NCBI GenBank assembly: GCA_964404275.1
Contig: CAYOJH010000002.1
Span: forward strand, 19,042 to 83,041
Length of the DNA: 64,000 nt
Reading direction: 5' to 3'
Source of the DNA: an uncultured Gammaproteobacteria bacterium
GTDB taxonomy: Bacteria; Patescibacteriota; Patescibacteriia; SG8-24; DYFX01
Part shown: one piece after another, positions 56,145 through 64,000 of the stretch
Position numbering within the stretch: position 1 is the first letter of the stretch
How the letters are laid out: each line of letters begins with the position of its first letter
Made by a program: the position numbers and the translations under genes
The notes under the pieces: model-generated
The model's input: the letters and a program-made list of their open reading frames with translations, nothing else
Told to the model about the DNA's origin: nothing
Databases searched by the model: none

Positions 56145-57406
56145 TCGAACGGATCCGCCAGCTCGAACCGCTGCATGCACGCTGGAGCGCTCCGGTGCAT
56201 GTCTTCGGCTGGATCGTGATCGCCGGCACTTCGGCGCTGGCGGTCTTGTATCTCACGACGAGCGCGCCGGTTTTGGCGGACGCGCCCGCCGACTCCGCGT
56301 CGTCCACGGCGGCCGTGATCGCGGCGCCGCCGCATCGGTCGATGCCGAAAGAAGTCCGCGGCGTCTACATGAGCGCCGCCACGGCCGGATCGGCCGCCTT
56401 GCGCGCCGACGTCTTCGCCTACTTGAAACGGAATCGGATGAACGCGGTCGTGATCGACGCGAAAGACGGCAACGGCCGCTTGGCCTTCAAACCCGAACGC
56501 GCTTCGCTCGCCTCGGCCTCGCCGGACGTCGCCACCATCAAGGATCTCGACGCGCTGCTCAGCCAGGCGGGAGAGCAAGGCCTCTATCGCATCGCGCGCG
56601 TCTTCGTCTTCCAGGATCCTTCCTACGTGTCGCGCTTCCCGGCCGAGGCCATCCACAAGAAAGACGGCGGCATCTGGGCCGATAACAAAGGCGTCGTCTG
56701 GGTGAATCCCGCTTCGAAAGCCGATTGGTATTACAACGCCGAGATCGCTCGCGAGGCCTACGCGCGCGGCTTCGACGAAGTGCAATTCGATTACATCCGT
56801 TTTCCCAGCGACGGCGCGATGGACGCGATCGGCTACCCGCCGGCCGAAGCAGCCAAGCCGAAGCACGAAGTCATCCGCGATTTTTTCCGCTTCATGCATT
56901 CCCAGCTGGAAGTCAAGAGCCGGATACCGATCTCATACGATCTCTTCGGCTACACGACCTGGTACGTCGACTACGATCTCGGCATCGGACAGCTCCTGGC
57001 GGACGCGCTGCCGAACGCTTCCGCGATCTCGCCCATGGTGTACCCTTCGCACTACGCCAGGAACACCCTGGGCTACCCGAATCCCGCCGAGCATCCCTAC
57101 GAGATCATTTCCTCCAGCCTGCAAAAAGCCAACGAACAGCTCTACCGGCCGCATAACAAGGAATGCGACGACCTGATGACCGGGGTGAAAAGCGCGACGT
57201 CCGCCTTCCTGATGCCTTGCAACGCGCCGCTCGCCGAACAGCGGCCCTGGATCCAAGCCTTCGACATCGGCGCCGTCTATACGCCCGACATGATCCGCAC
57301 GCAGATCAAGGCGGTGCGCGATCAGGGCGGCACCGGTTTCCTGCTCTGGAACGCCCGGAACGTCTACCGCGACTTCGACGCCGCCTCGACCTCAACCACT
57401 CAATGA
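56141..57406 (+). CDS. Putative glycoside hydrolase (DUF4015-like TIM barrel)
   Basis: RGVY, NAVVID.K, IARV.VFQD, GFDEVQFDYIRFPSDG, SPMVYPSHY, RPWIQAF, LWN..N.Y. Confidence 0.82.
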   Translation: MIERIRQLEPLHARWSAPVHVFGWIVIAGTSALAVLYLTTSAPVLADAPADSASSTAAVIAAPPHRSMPKEVRGVYMSAATAGSAALRADVFAYLKRNRMNAVVIDAKDGNGRLAFKPERASLASASPDVATIKDLDALLSQAGEQGLYRIARVFVFQDPSYVSRFPAEAIHKKDGGIWADNKGVVWVNPASKADWYYNAEIAREAYARGFDEVQFDYIRFPSDGAMDAIGYPPAEAAKPKHEVIRDFFRFMHSQLEVKSRIPISYDLFGYTTWYVDYDLGIGQLLADALPNASAISPMVYPSHYARNTLGYPNPAEHPYEIISSSLQKANEQLYRPHNKECDDLMTGVKSATSAFLMPCNAPLAEQRPWIQAFDIGAVYTPDMIRTQIKAVRDQGGTGFLLWNARNVYRDFDAASTSTTQ

Positions 57407-58773
57407 AGCTCATGCGTTTCCACACCCGCCTCGCCGCCGTCTTCTTAGCCCTTTGCGCCTTCGGTCTGGCCGCCGCCGCGCGCGCCGATGATTGCGTTTC
57501 GCCGTTTTTCCAGATGGCCGACGGGCGTTGCTACGACGCGACGACGCATCTTTCGGCCGACTCGAGCGGCGAACTGTTCAAGCTGATCGACGCGCAGGGC
57601 TCGGCTTCCTCGACGCCGATCGCGGACGCGACCGCGACGCCGGCGCTCCCTCCGACGCCGACGATCGTGCTGGCCGTCCAGCGCGCGCATCAACTGCTGC
57701 AAGCCGCCATCGACGCCGACGCGAACAAGAAACCGAAAATCGTGACCAGCCAGAACGTCTGGGTGGACGTGACCTTGGCCGTCTGGAACGCCGAGACCGA
57801 CGAGATCCAGCTCGTGCAGGCCAAGAAGAACGGCATGAGCCTCAAGCTCGACCCCGCCGCGCCGGATGATTTCAAGATCACCGTCGCGAAAAACAACGGC
57901 GTCAATTCCACCTTCGCGGTGGATAGGGGCGAGCGGATCGTGGTAGCCGTGCGCTATCCGATCTTCAAGAACGTTTCGGTCTCGCGCCGCAAGCCGCGCT
58001 TCGCCTTGCATGACGTCGTCTACACGCCGTACTCCGACGCGCTGCGCACTTCCGAGATGATCGCTTGGGGCAAAGACACGGCGCATGGAGAAATTCGCGC
58101 CGCCTTCGACGCGCTCCGCGCCGCCTCCGTCCATTCGCGCGCCTTTCCGGATCAGCTTATGTCCGACGTCATCGATCCCAAGCTGGTCGAGTCGATCGCG
58201 ATCATCGAGCACGTCGGGCTCGGCGGCCTGTCGGACGGCTACGACACCGCCACGGACGCGTTCTATGTGACGCTCGGCGGCAATCAGGCTGACGCGTATC
58301 TCTACGCGCGCTCGCCGGCCGGCGCGCTCGGACTCGTGCAATTCATTCCCAGCACCTACGCGCTGATGGCCAAGCGTAAGGATCTCGGGCTGATTCCCAA
58401 TTTCGATCAGGGCATGGCCGATCCGGTCAACGCCATTAAGGCGCAGATCGGCTACCTCGACGCGATCCTGGCGGACATGCCGCTTTCGGTGAAGGATCTG
58501 TATCACGTCGACCCGACTCGCGTGGATGAATACCTCGCCGCCGCCTACAACACCGGCGACGGGCGCGTCCGCAAGACGATCGCGCAATGGGGCGACGCCT
58601 GGTCGGAGCCGCATGCGGCGGACATCAACGCGCTGGCCAAGAAAAAGGGCCGAAGGAGCCATGCCGTCAAGAAACTCAAGGCCGCGACGCTGCTTCCGGA
58701 GACCGTCATCTACGTCAAGAAACTCCGTCAGGCGCTGAATTTCCTGAATCCGCCCGCGCTGCCGCTTGCCTGA
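57403..58773 (+). CDS. Secreted lytic transglycosylase-like protein
   Basis: Signal peptide; IIEH, SPAGALGLVQFIPSTY, AAYNTG, ET..YV.K SLT motifs. Confidence 0.75.
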   Translation: MKLMRFHTRLAAVFLALCAFGLAAAARADDCVSPFFQMADGRCYDATTHLSADSSGELFKLIDAQGSASSTPIADATATPALPPTPTIVLAVQRAHQLLQAAIDADANKKPKIVTSQNVWVDVTLAVWNAETDEIQLVQAKKNGMSLKLDPAAPDDFKITVAKNNGVNSTFAVDRGERIVVAVRYPIFKNVSVSRRKPRFALHDVVYTPYSDALRTSEMIAWGKDTAHGEIRAAFDALRAASVHSRAFPDQLMSDVIDPKLVESIAIIEHVGLGGLSDGYDTATDAFYVTLGGNQADAYLYARSPAGALGLVQFIPSTYALMAKRKDLGLIPNFDQGMADPVNAIKAQIGYLDAILADMPLSVKDLYHVDPTRVDEYLAAAYNTGDGRVRKTIAQWGDAWSEPHAADINALAKKKGRRSHAVKKLKAATLLPETVIYVKKLRQALNFLNPPALPLA

Positions 58774-58793
58774 ATGTGCTAGAATGCGTCCAT

Positions 58794-61424
58794 ATGCGGA
58801 ATCTCCGCCTGCACGTCTTCTTCGCGCTCTTTGCCGCGCTCTTTCTCGCCGCGGGCCTGCCCCCCGAAGCCTTGGCGGAGGTGGGTTCGCTGATCAAAGG
58901 CTCGACGCCGGCCGTCTACTACATCGATGAAGGCAAGCGCTACGTCTTTCCGAACGAGAACGTCTACTTTTCCTGGTACGCGGATTTCTCGCAGGTGCGC
59001 GCGGTCACGGATGACGAACTGGCTTCGTATCCGATCGGCGGCAACGTCACCTACAAACCCGGCGCGCGACTGGTGAAGCTGCAGAGCGACCCGCGCGTCT
59101 TCGCCGTCGGCGCCGGCGGGACGCTGCGCTGGATCGCGTCCGAAGGCGCGGCCCGCGCGCTCTACGGCGACGATTGGAACAAGAAGGTCGACGATCTCCC
59201 GGACGCGTTTTTTTTCGCGTACAAAGAAGGAGAAGCGGTCGCCTCGGCCGCCGATTTCGATAAAACTTCTGAACGTGAAGAATCATCCATCGCGGACGAC
59301 CTGGCCGCCAAGACCGGCACGCCGGCTTCGCAAGATTTCGCCGCCGTCAGAAGCGGTTCTTGGAGCGACGCGGAGGTTTGGAACGGTTCACGCCCGACGG
59401 CAGGCGCGCGCGTGACGATCCCCGTTGGAACGAGCGTCGTCTACGACATGGCCGACGGCCCGACGATGAAATCAATCGACGTTTCCGGCAGCCTGTCCTT
59501 CGCGACGGATCGTTCCGCGCGGCTGGCGGCGCGCCAGATCACCGTGCGCGGCACGCTGTCGGCGGGCAGCGCCGCAGCGCCTTTGCCGGCGGACAAGCGC
59601 ATCGAGATCGCGTTGACCGGCGCGGCGGACACGGCCGTCGCCGACGACGGTTTGACGATCGACGGCGGCACGCTCGCGCTCTACGGCGCGGACGTCGGCG
59701 CCGCCTGGACGCGCTTGGCCTCGCCGGCGGAGATCGGCGCGACGAAACTCTCGCTCGAAGCGGCCGAGGCTTGGCCGGTCGGCGGGCAGATCGCGATTCT
59801 CGGCGCGACCACGGCGGAAGAAGAAGTGCGGCAGATCAAGAGCGTCGACGGCGCGACGATCACGCTCGACCGTCCGCTCGAACGCGCGCATCGTTCCGAA
59901 GACGGGCTGCGTTCCGAAGTCGCGCTGCTTTCGCGCAACATCGTGATCGACGGCGTCGGCGAGGGTCGCGGTTCCTACGCCCGTGGCATCAATCACGCCA
60001 AGATCGTCGTGCAGGACGTCGAGCTCGCTTCGCTCGGACGCAAAGGCGCGTCAGGACAATCGCCGCTGATGCTGGACGGTCTTTCGGGCGCGACGGTCGC
60101 GGGTGACGCGATCCACGACTCCGGCAATCGCTGCGTGACCTTGCGGCAGGCGACCGGCGTCACGATCCGGAATACCGTCGCCTTCCGCGCGTACGGCCAT
60201 TGCTTCGCGACCGAAGACGGTTCGGAAATCGGCAACGTCTTCGTCGACGACCTGGCCGCCGATATCCGTCCCGGCGCGCTTCCGTCCGACGCGGCGCCGG
60301 CGGCCTTCCTGCTGAAACATCCCGGCAACCGCGTCGAAGGCAATGCTGCGGTCGGCGCGACTTTCGGCTATTGGTATCTCCTGACAGATCACGCGACGAC
60401 GAACGCCGGCGTCGAACTGCATCCGCGCGAAGCCGCGCTCGGCAGTTTCGATCAGAACGTCGCCCGCGCGAACGCGAAGGTCGGCCTGTACGTCGACGAC
60501 GGCGCCGGCAAGGGCGATTTCATCCCGGCTTCCAAAGCGTCGTTTACCGGTCTGACGAGCGTCATGAACGGCGAACGCGGTTTCTGGATCCGCGGCGTGA
60601 ATCTTGAAGTCTCCGGCGCGTTCCTCGCCGAGAATTTGATCGGCGGCAGTTTCGCCGCCTTCGGCGCGACGCTCAAGGATTCGACGATCGCCGGTCGGCT
60701 TGAAGGCTCGACGGCGCCCGCCGTCAAGGCTGCCTACGGTTTCACCTTCGACGACGGTCCGGTCAGCGTCCAGAACGTGACCTTCGCGCATTTCAAAAAG
60801 GGCGCTTCCGCTTTCGGCTTCGAAGAAAAAAATGCCGAGCTGCCGGACCCGCGCAACAGCGAGAAAGGCATCATCTTGAACGACGCGGACGCCTGGCACG
60901 CCCCGAACCCCGTCACGCCTGGCGACGCCATGGCCGCGGTCCGCGATCTCGATCAAGGCGATGTCGTCGGCCCGCGCTCGGCCTTCCTCGGCGCCGATTG
61001 CAAAGCCGCCGACGGCAATGTCGAGCGCTGTCCGGGCCCGTACGCCCAGCTGGAGATCGCGCTTCGCGACGGAAAAGGGGACAAGAGCGTGACCTTCACC
61101 GAACTCGGAACGAACGCTTCGGTCACGCTCTCGCCCGGTCCGGCCTTCGACGGCCAGTATGCGTACGCGACCGTGGCCGAAGGCGGCCGGTATCGCGCGA
61201 ACGTGCTCGACGCCGCTTCGGTCGAGGCGAGCTACGACGGACTCGCCAAGCCGCTGCTCGTCCGCGTCCCCGCCGGTCTCGGCGCTTCGGTGCGTTCCGA
61301 CGGCCAGACGCTTCAAAAAACCGAACTCGCCGCGCTCGCGCCCGGCGGCTGGGCCTATGATGGCGGGTCGGCCGAGGCGGTGCTCTGGCTGAATCCCGGC
61401 GACGATTTCGAACTGACCCGCTGA
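58794..61424 (+). CDS. Secreted G8-domain/parallel beta-helix protein with N-terminal surface repeats
   Basis: Signal peptide; SG.WS...W....P, V.G.L.F, I.V.G.L..G (G8); EVALLSRNI, IH.S.NRCVT, GHCF..EDG.E.GN. Confidence 0.75.
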   Translation: MRNLRLHVFFALFAALFLAAGLPPEALAEVGSLIKGSTPAVYYIDEGKRYVFPNENVYFSWYADFSQVRAVTDDELASYPIGGNVTYKPGARLVKLQSDPRVFAVGAGGTLRWIASEGAARALYGDDWNKKVDDLPDAFFFAYKEGEAVASAADFDKTSEREESSIADDLAAKTGTPASQDFAAVRSGSWSDAEVWNGSRPTAGARVTIPVGTSVVYDMADGPTMKSIDVSGSLSFATDRSARLAARQITVRGTLSAGSAAAPLPADKRIEIALTGAADTAVADDGLTIDGGTLALYGADVGAAWTRLASPAEIGATKLSLEAAEAWPVGGQIAILGATTAEEEVRQIKSVDGATITLDRPLERAHRSEDGLRSEVALLSRNIVIDGVGEGRGSYARGINHAKIVVQDVELASLGRKGASGQSPLMLDGLSGATVAGDAIHDSGNRCVTLRQATGVTIRNTVAFRAYGHCFATEDGSEIGNVFVDDLAADIRPGALPSDAAPAAFLLKHPGNRVEGNAAVGATFGYWYLLTDHATTNAGVELHPREAALGSFDQNVARANAKVGLYVDDGAGKGDFIPASKASFTGLTSVMNGERGFWIRGVNLEVSGAFLAENLIGGSFAAFGATLKDSTIAGRLEGSTAPAVKAAYGFTFDDGPVSVQNVTFAHFKKGASAFGFEEKNAELPDPRNSEKGIILNDADAWHAPNPVTPGDAMAAVRDLDQGDVVGPRSAFLGADCKAADGNVERCPGPYAQLEIALRDGKGDKSVTFTELGTNASVTLSPGPAFDGQYAYATVAEGGRYRANVLDAASVEASYDGLAKPLLVRVPAGLGASVRSDGQTLQKTELAALAPGGWAYDGGSAEAVLWLNPGDDFELTR
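58856..58885 (-). repeat. REP-like element copy, in-frame in the G8 protein signal-peptide end
   Basis: Reverse complement CCCACCTCCGCCAAGGCTTCGGGGGGCAGG shares 17 identical nt (CGCCAAGGCTTCGGGGG) with 9184-9212. Confidence 0.7.
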
Positions 61425-61425
61425 T

Positions 61426-61785
61426 ATGCTCCGCATCCTTCTCCACATTCTGGTCATGCCCGCCATGCTCTGGTTGGAACGCCGAAGCGGCCCGCGCTTG
61501 CGTCCTTCACGCGCGGCGCTCGCCTGGTACGTCTTGGGCCTGCCGCTCATGGCGGTCGAGGCTTCGGTCTCCGGCCGCGACGGGATGCCGGTCTTCCTGC
61601 AGAGCGCGATCGTCGCGCTGTTCTTCCTGCCGCCGGCCTACTTCGCGTTCCGCTACGCGCGGCGGCATGGCGGCGTCTGGAAGCCGTTTCTTCTGTACCT
61701 GGCCCTGTCCTGCATCGCCGGCGTCGTCGCGGCTTTGTCCCTGGCGCATGCGCCGCTCGTGCTCGGAAGTGTTTGGAAAGCGTGA
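61426..61785 (+). CDS. Hypothetical small membrane protein
   Basis: 3-4 hydrophobic segments; starts 1 nt after the previous stop. Confidence 0.6.
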   Translation: MLRILLHILVMPAMLWLERRSGPRLRPSRAALAWYVLGLPLMAVEASVSGRDGMPVFLQSAIVALFFLPPAYFAFRYARRHGGVWKPFLLYLALSCIAGVVAALSLAHAPLVLGSVWKA

Positions 61786-61799
61786 TAGAATAAACCCAT

Positions 61800-63131
61800 A
61801 TGGCCTTGCGCTACGACTTCCTGAACATGATGCGGAATCGCGTCGGCGCGGAAGGCGTTTCGCCTGAAGAGCTGCAGGCGCTGGCGGGTCGCTTGGAAAT
61901 CGCCAGGCGCGCGCTGGCCGCTCGGAAGAAAGACGGAACGCTCGGATTTTTCGACGCGCCGAAGCGCCGCCCGAGCCGCGACGCGATGGCGAAGCTCGTG
62001 CGGGGTTTTCATAAGAGCGTCGACACGCTGGTCGTGATCGGCATCGGCGGCTCGCTGCTCGGCGCGCAAGCCGTGGCCGAAGCGCTGGCGGGACTCGAAC
62101 CGCTTCGGCGCGGCGAGCGGGCGCTCAAGCTCGTCTTCGCCGGCGACGCGACGGATCCGCGCGCGGTCCGGGACGTCGTCGAGCGCGTCGATTGGAAGCG
62201 CGCCGCGATCAACGTCATTTCGAAAAGCGGCGACACGCTCGAGCCGATGTCGGTCTTCGCGCTCCTGCGCCACGAGCTGATCCGCGCGGTCGGCCGCGAA
62301 CAGGCCGCCAAGCGCGTCGTCGCCACGACCGACGCGAAGAAAGGGACGCTGCGCGAGATCGCCGCGCGCGAAGGCTACGCGACCTTGCCGGTGCCGGACA
62401 ACGTCGGCGGACGCTATTCGGTGCTGACGGAAGTCGGCGCCTTCCCGCTCCTCGCGGCCGGCATCAACGTCGACGAGCTTTGGAAAGGCGCGGCGGCCGA
62501 AGAAGCGGCCTTTTGGAAAAACGCGCCGCTCAAGAACGCGCCGCTGACGTTCGCCGCGCTCCAATGGCTGCTCTATCGCCGCGGAAAAACGATTTCCGTC
62601 TTCATGCCGTACGCCAAGCGCCTGGCGCTCGTTGGGCAATGGTACCGTCAGCTGTGGGCCGAGAGCCTCGGCAAGAAGCAGGACCGCGGGGGAAAAAAGG
62701 CGAACGTCGGGCCGACCCCGATCGCGGCCGTCGGTCCCGCCGACCAGCATTCGCAGATCCAGCTCTACAACGAAGGCCCGGCCGACAAGATCGTGACCTT
62801 CGTCGAGATCGACGATTTCGGCATCGACGCGCGGTTGCCCGAACCGTGGCCGGACCTGGAAGGCGTTTCGTATTTTTCCGGGCACACGCTCTCCGAGATC
62901 GCGCAGATCGAGCGCCAAGCCACGGCCGAAGCCCTGGTCGAGAACCGCCGGCCGAACGGCACGCTCCATCTGCCGGACCTGTCCGGCGCGTCGCTCGGCG
63001 CGCTGCTGCAAGGCTTGATGATCGCGACGGCCGTGGCGGGCGAGCTTTTCGACGTCAACGCGTTCGACCAGCCGGGCGTCGAAACCGGCAAGCGCGCCAT
63101 GTACCGCTTGCTCGGCCGCGCCGGTTCCTGA
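61800..63131 (+). CDS. pgi: Glucose-6-phosphate isomerase
   Basis: IGIGGS.LG, ISKSG.T.E, VGGRYSVL, QLWAESLGK, DQHSQ.QLY.EG, FDQPGVE.GK. Confidence 0.95.
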   Translation: MALRYDFLNMMRNRVGAEGVSPEELQALAGRLEIARRALAARKKDGTLGFFDAPKRRPSRDAMAKLVRGFHKSVDTLVVIGIGGSLLGAQAVAEALAGLEPLRRGERALKLVFAGDATDPRAVRDVVERVDWKRAAINVISKSGDTLEPMSVFALLRHELIRAVGREQAAKRVVATTDAKKGTLREIAAREGYATLPVPDNVGGRYSVLTEVGAFPLLAAGINVDELWKGAAAEEAAFWKNAPLKNAPLTFAALQWLLYRRGKTISVFMPYAKRLALVGQWYRQLWAESLGKKQDRGGKKANVGPTPIAAVGPADQHSQIQLYNEGPADKIVTFVEIDDFGIDARLPEPWPDLEGVSYFSGHTLSEIAQIERQATAEALVENRRPNGTLHLPDLSGASLGALLQGLMIATAVAGELFDVNAFDQPGVETGKRAMYRLLGRAGS

Positions 63132-63132
63132 T

Positions 63133-63324
63133 ATGGCGACGCCGAGCCTGTTCGCGCTGATGGCGCACCTGACCGTCGAGGAACGCCAAAAATTCGGCGA
63201 GCGCCGCCGCCAGATGAAAGGCCGCGACGGCGTGCGGGAGCGCTTGATCCAAGTCGCCGGGAAAATTTGGAAACTGGAGTATTGGAAGGGCAAGGAAAAA
63301 CTCGACGAGCTCGTCATCGCCTGA
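63133..63324 (+). CDS. Small hypothetical protein (63 aa)
   Basis: Starts 1 nt after the pgi stop and ends before a terminator. Confidence 0.5.
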   Translation: MATPSLFALMAHLTVEERQKFGERRRQMKGRDGVRERLIQVAGKIWKLEYWKGKEKLDELVIA

Positions 63325-63328
63325 GAAA

Positions 63329-63364
63329 GCGAAAACGCCCCGAAGCATGACGGGGCGTTTTCGT
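63329..63364. terminator. Bidirectional intrinsic terminator
   Basis: CGAAAACGCCCCG-aagcatga-CGGGGCGTTTTCG. Confidence 0.75.
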
Positions 63365-63380
63365 TCACTTGATGTTTGTC

Positions 63381-63741
63381 TTATGCGCGTCCGTCGGGAG
63401 ACTGGCCGAGATCGCGCCGAAGGCGCTTGTTCTCGTCCTGCTCGTTCGGATGCGTCGGCTTTTCGCCTTTCCAGGCGCCGCGTTCCGCGCGACGATCGTC
63501 GCGGTTCTCGCGCTCGCCCTTCCAGTCGCCGCGCGGCGCGCTATTTTCGCGATCCATAAAAGCGACCCTGGTCGTCGCGCGCGTTTTGGGCGGCCGCCGC
63601 CTGGCCGCCGCGCGAACGGTCTTCCGGACGGAGATTGCGGGCGTTGTTCGCGCGCCCGTCGGAAGTTTTCTGCGGCTGCTGACCGTCGTTGCTCTCGTTC
63701 TTGTCTTTCTGGTCGTTGTTGTCGTTCTGCGCATCGGCCAT
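63381..63741 (-). CDS. Hydrophilic stress-type (KGG-like) protein split over two frames (63541-63741 and 63381-63557)
   Basis: RSRGGQ...RDDQGRF in frame 1; hydrophilic WKGE-repeat continuation in a shifted frame at TTTT. Confidence 0.5.
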
Positions 63742-63827
63742 AGTGCGTAAATGTTCGAGGGGAGTTACGCCTCCCGCACCATGTCAGACGCTGGGCGCGA
63801 GGCATTCTTACTTCGCTAATCTTCGCT

Positions 63828-63854
63828 AAAAAAACCGGTCGGAACCGGTTTTTT
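63828..63854. terminator. Intrinsic terminator
   Basis: AAAAAACCGGT-cgga-ACCGGTTTTTT. Confidence 0.7.
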
Positions 63855-63862
63855 CGCGATGA

Positions 63863-64000
63863 TCAGGCAATTCCCAAATCGCGGTCGTCATCGATGTCCG
63901 CGCGGACGTCTTCGTCCGTATCCGCGTCGACGCCCAGGTCGATGTCATCCTCGTTGCGGATGCCCGTGCCCTTGCGGGTATTTCGCCGCGCGTTATTCAT
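63863..64000 (-). CDS. Small acidic protein (may extend beyond the window)
   Basis: Hand translation MNNARRNTRKGTGIRNEDDIDLGVDADTDEDVRADIDDDRDLGIA*, followed by a terminator. Confidence 0.5.
   Translation of the reverse strand: MNNARRNTRKGTGIRNEDDIDLGVDADTDEDVRADIDDDRDLGIA

Noticed and set aside
1-64000. CRISPR arrays, tRNA/rRNA genes, transposases, integrases, prophage
   Set aside because: No regularly spaced repeats, cloverleaf motifs or recombinase signatures seen; intergenic gaps are short. Visual inspection only
1-64000. Alternative genetic code (TGA=Gly, as in Gracilibacteria/SR1)
   Set aside because: Conserved genes such as secA, kdsB, alaS and pgi end at TGA at the expected positions

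Overview
High-GC chromosomal segment in standard genetic code (TGA is a stop) that looks like a Patescibacteria/CPR genome, probably Uhrbacteria-like. This is an inference from the SecD with a parvulin insertion, RpoA lacking the alpha-CTD, the short AlaRS, the VirD4-like ATPase with its usual partner, a GAGC lipobox and SD-less core genes. It contains: two surface-glycan regions (priming sugar transferase, GT4/GT2, three Wzx-like flippases, gmd, Wzy/ligase-like protein, methyltransferases); a Kdo operon kdsB-histidine phosphatase-kdsD-kdsA-putative transferase with no kdsC; murB, hpf-secA, secDF, an ECF sigma/anti-sigma pair, L,D-transpeptidase, HD dNTPase-like protein, rlmN, mnmA and alaS; a stand-alone infA-rpmJ-rpsM-rpsK-rpsD-rpoA-rplQ-rplM-rpsI operon; def-fmt; a cluster of secreted putative hydrolases (lysozyme-like, HtrA, DUF4015-like, lytic transglycosylase, G8/beta-helix); and pgi. 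I saw no tRNA, rRNA, CRISPR array or transposase. Most interesting: (1) the Kdo operon with a candidate non-orthologous Kdo8P phosphatase and Kdo transferase in a lineage without LPS; (2) short REP-like DNA elements translated in-frame inside secA, the G8 protein, mnmA and rlmN; (3) two expression architectures, leaderless core genes versus boxA-like+SD accessory genes; (4) SecD-parvulin; (5) a tandem paralogous wHTH-like pair; (6) an HExxE-C39 fusion. All family assignments come from visual motif recognition; no database search was run.
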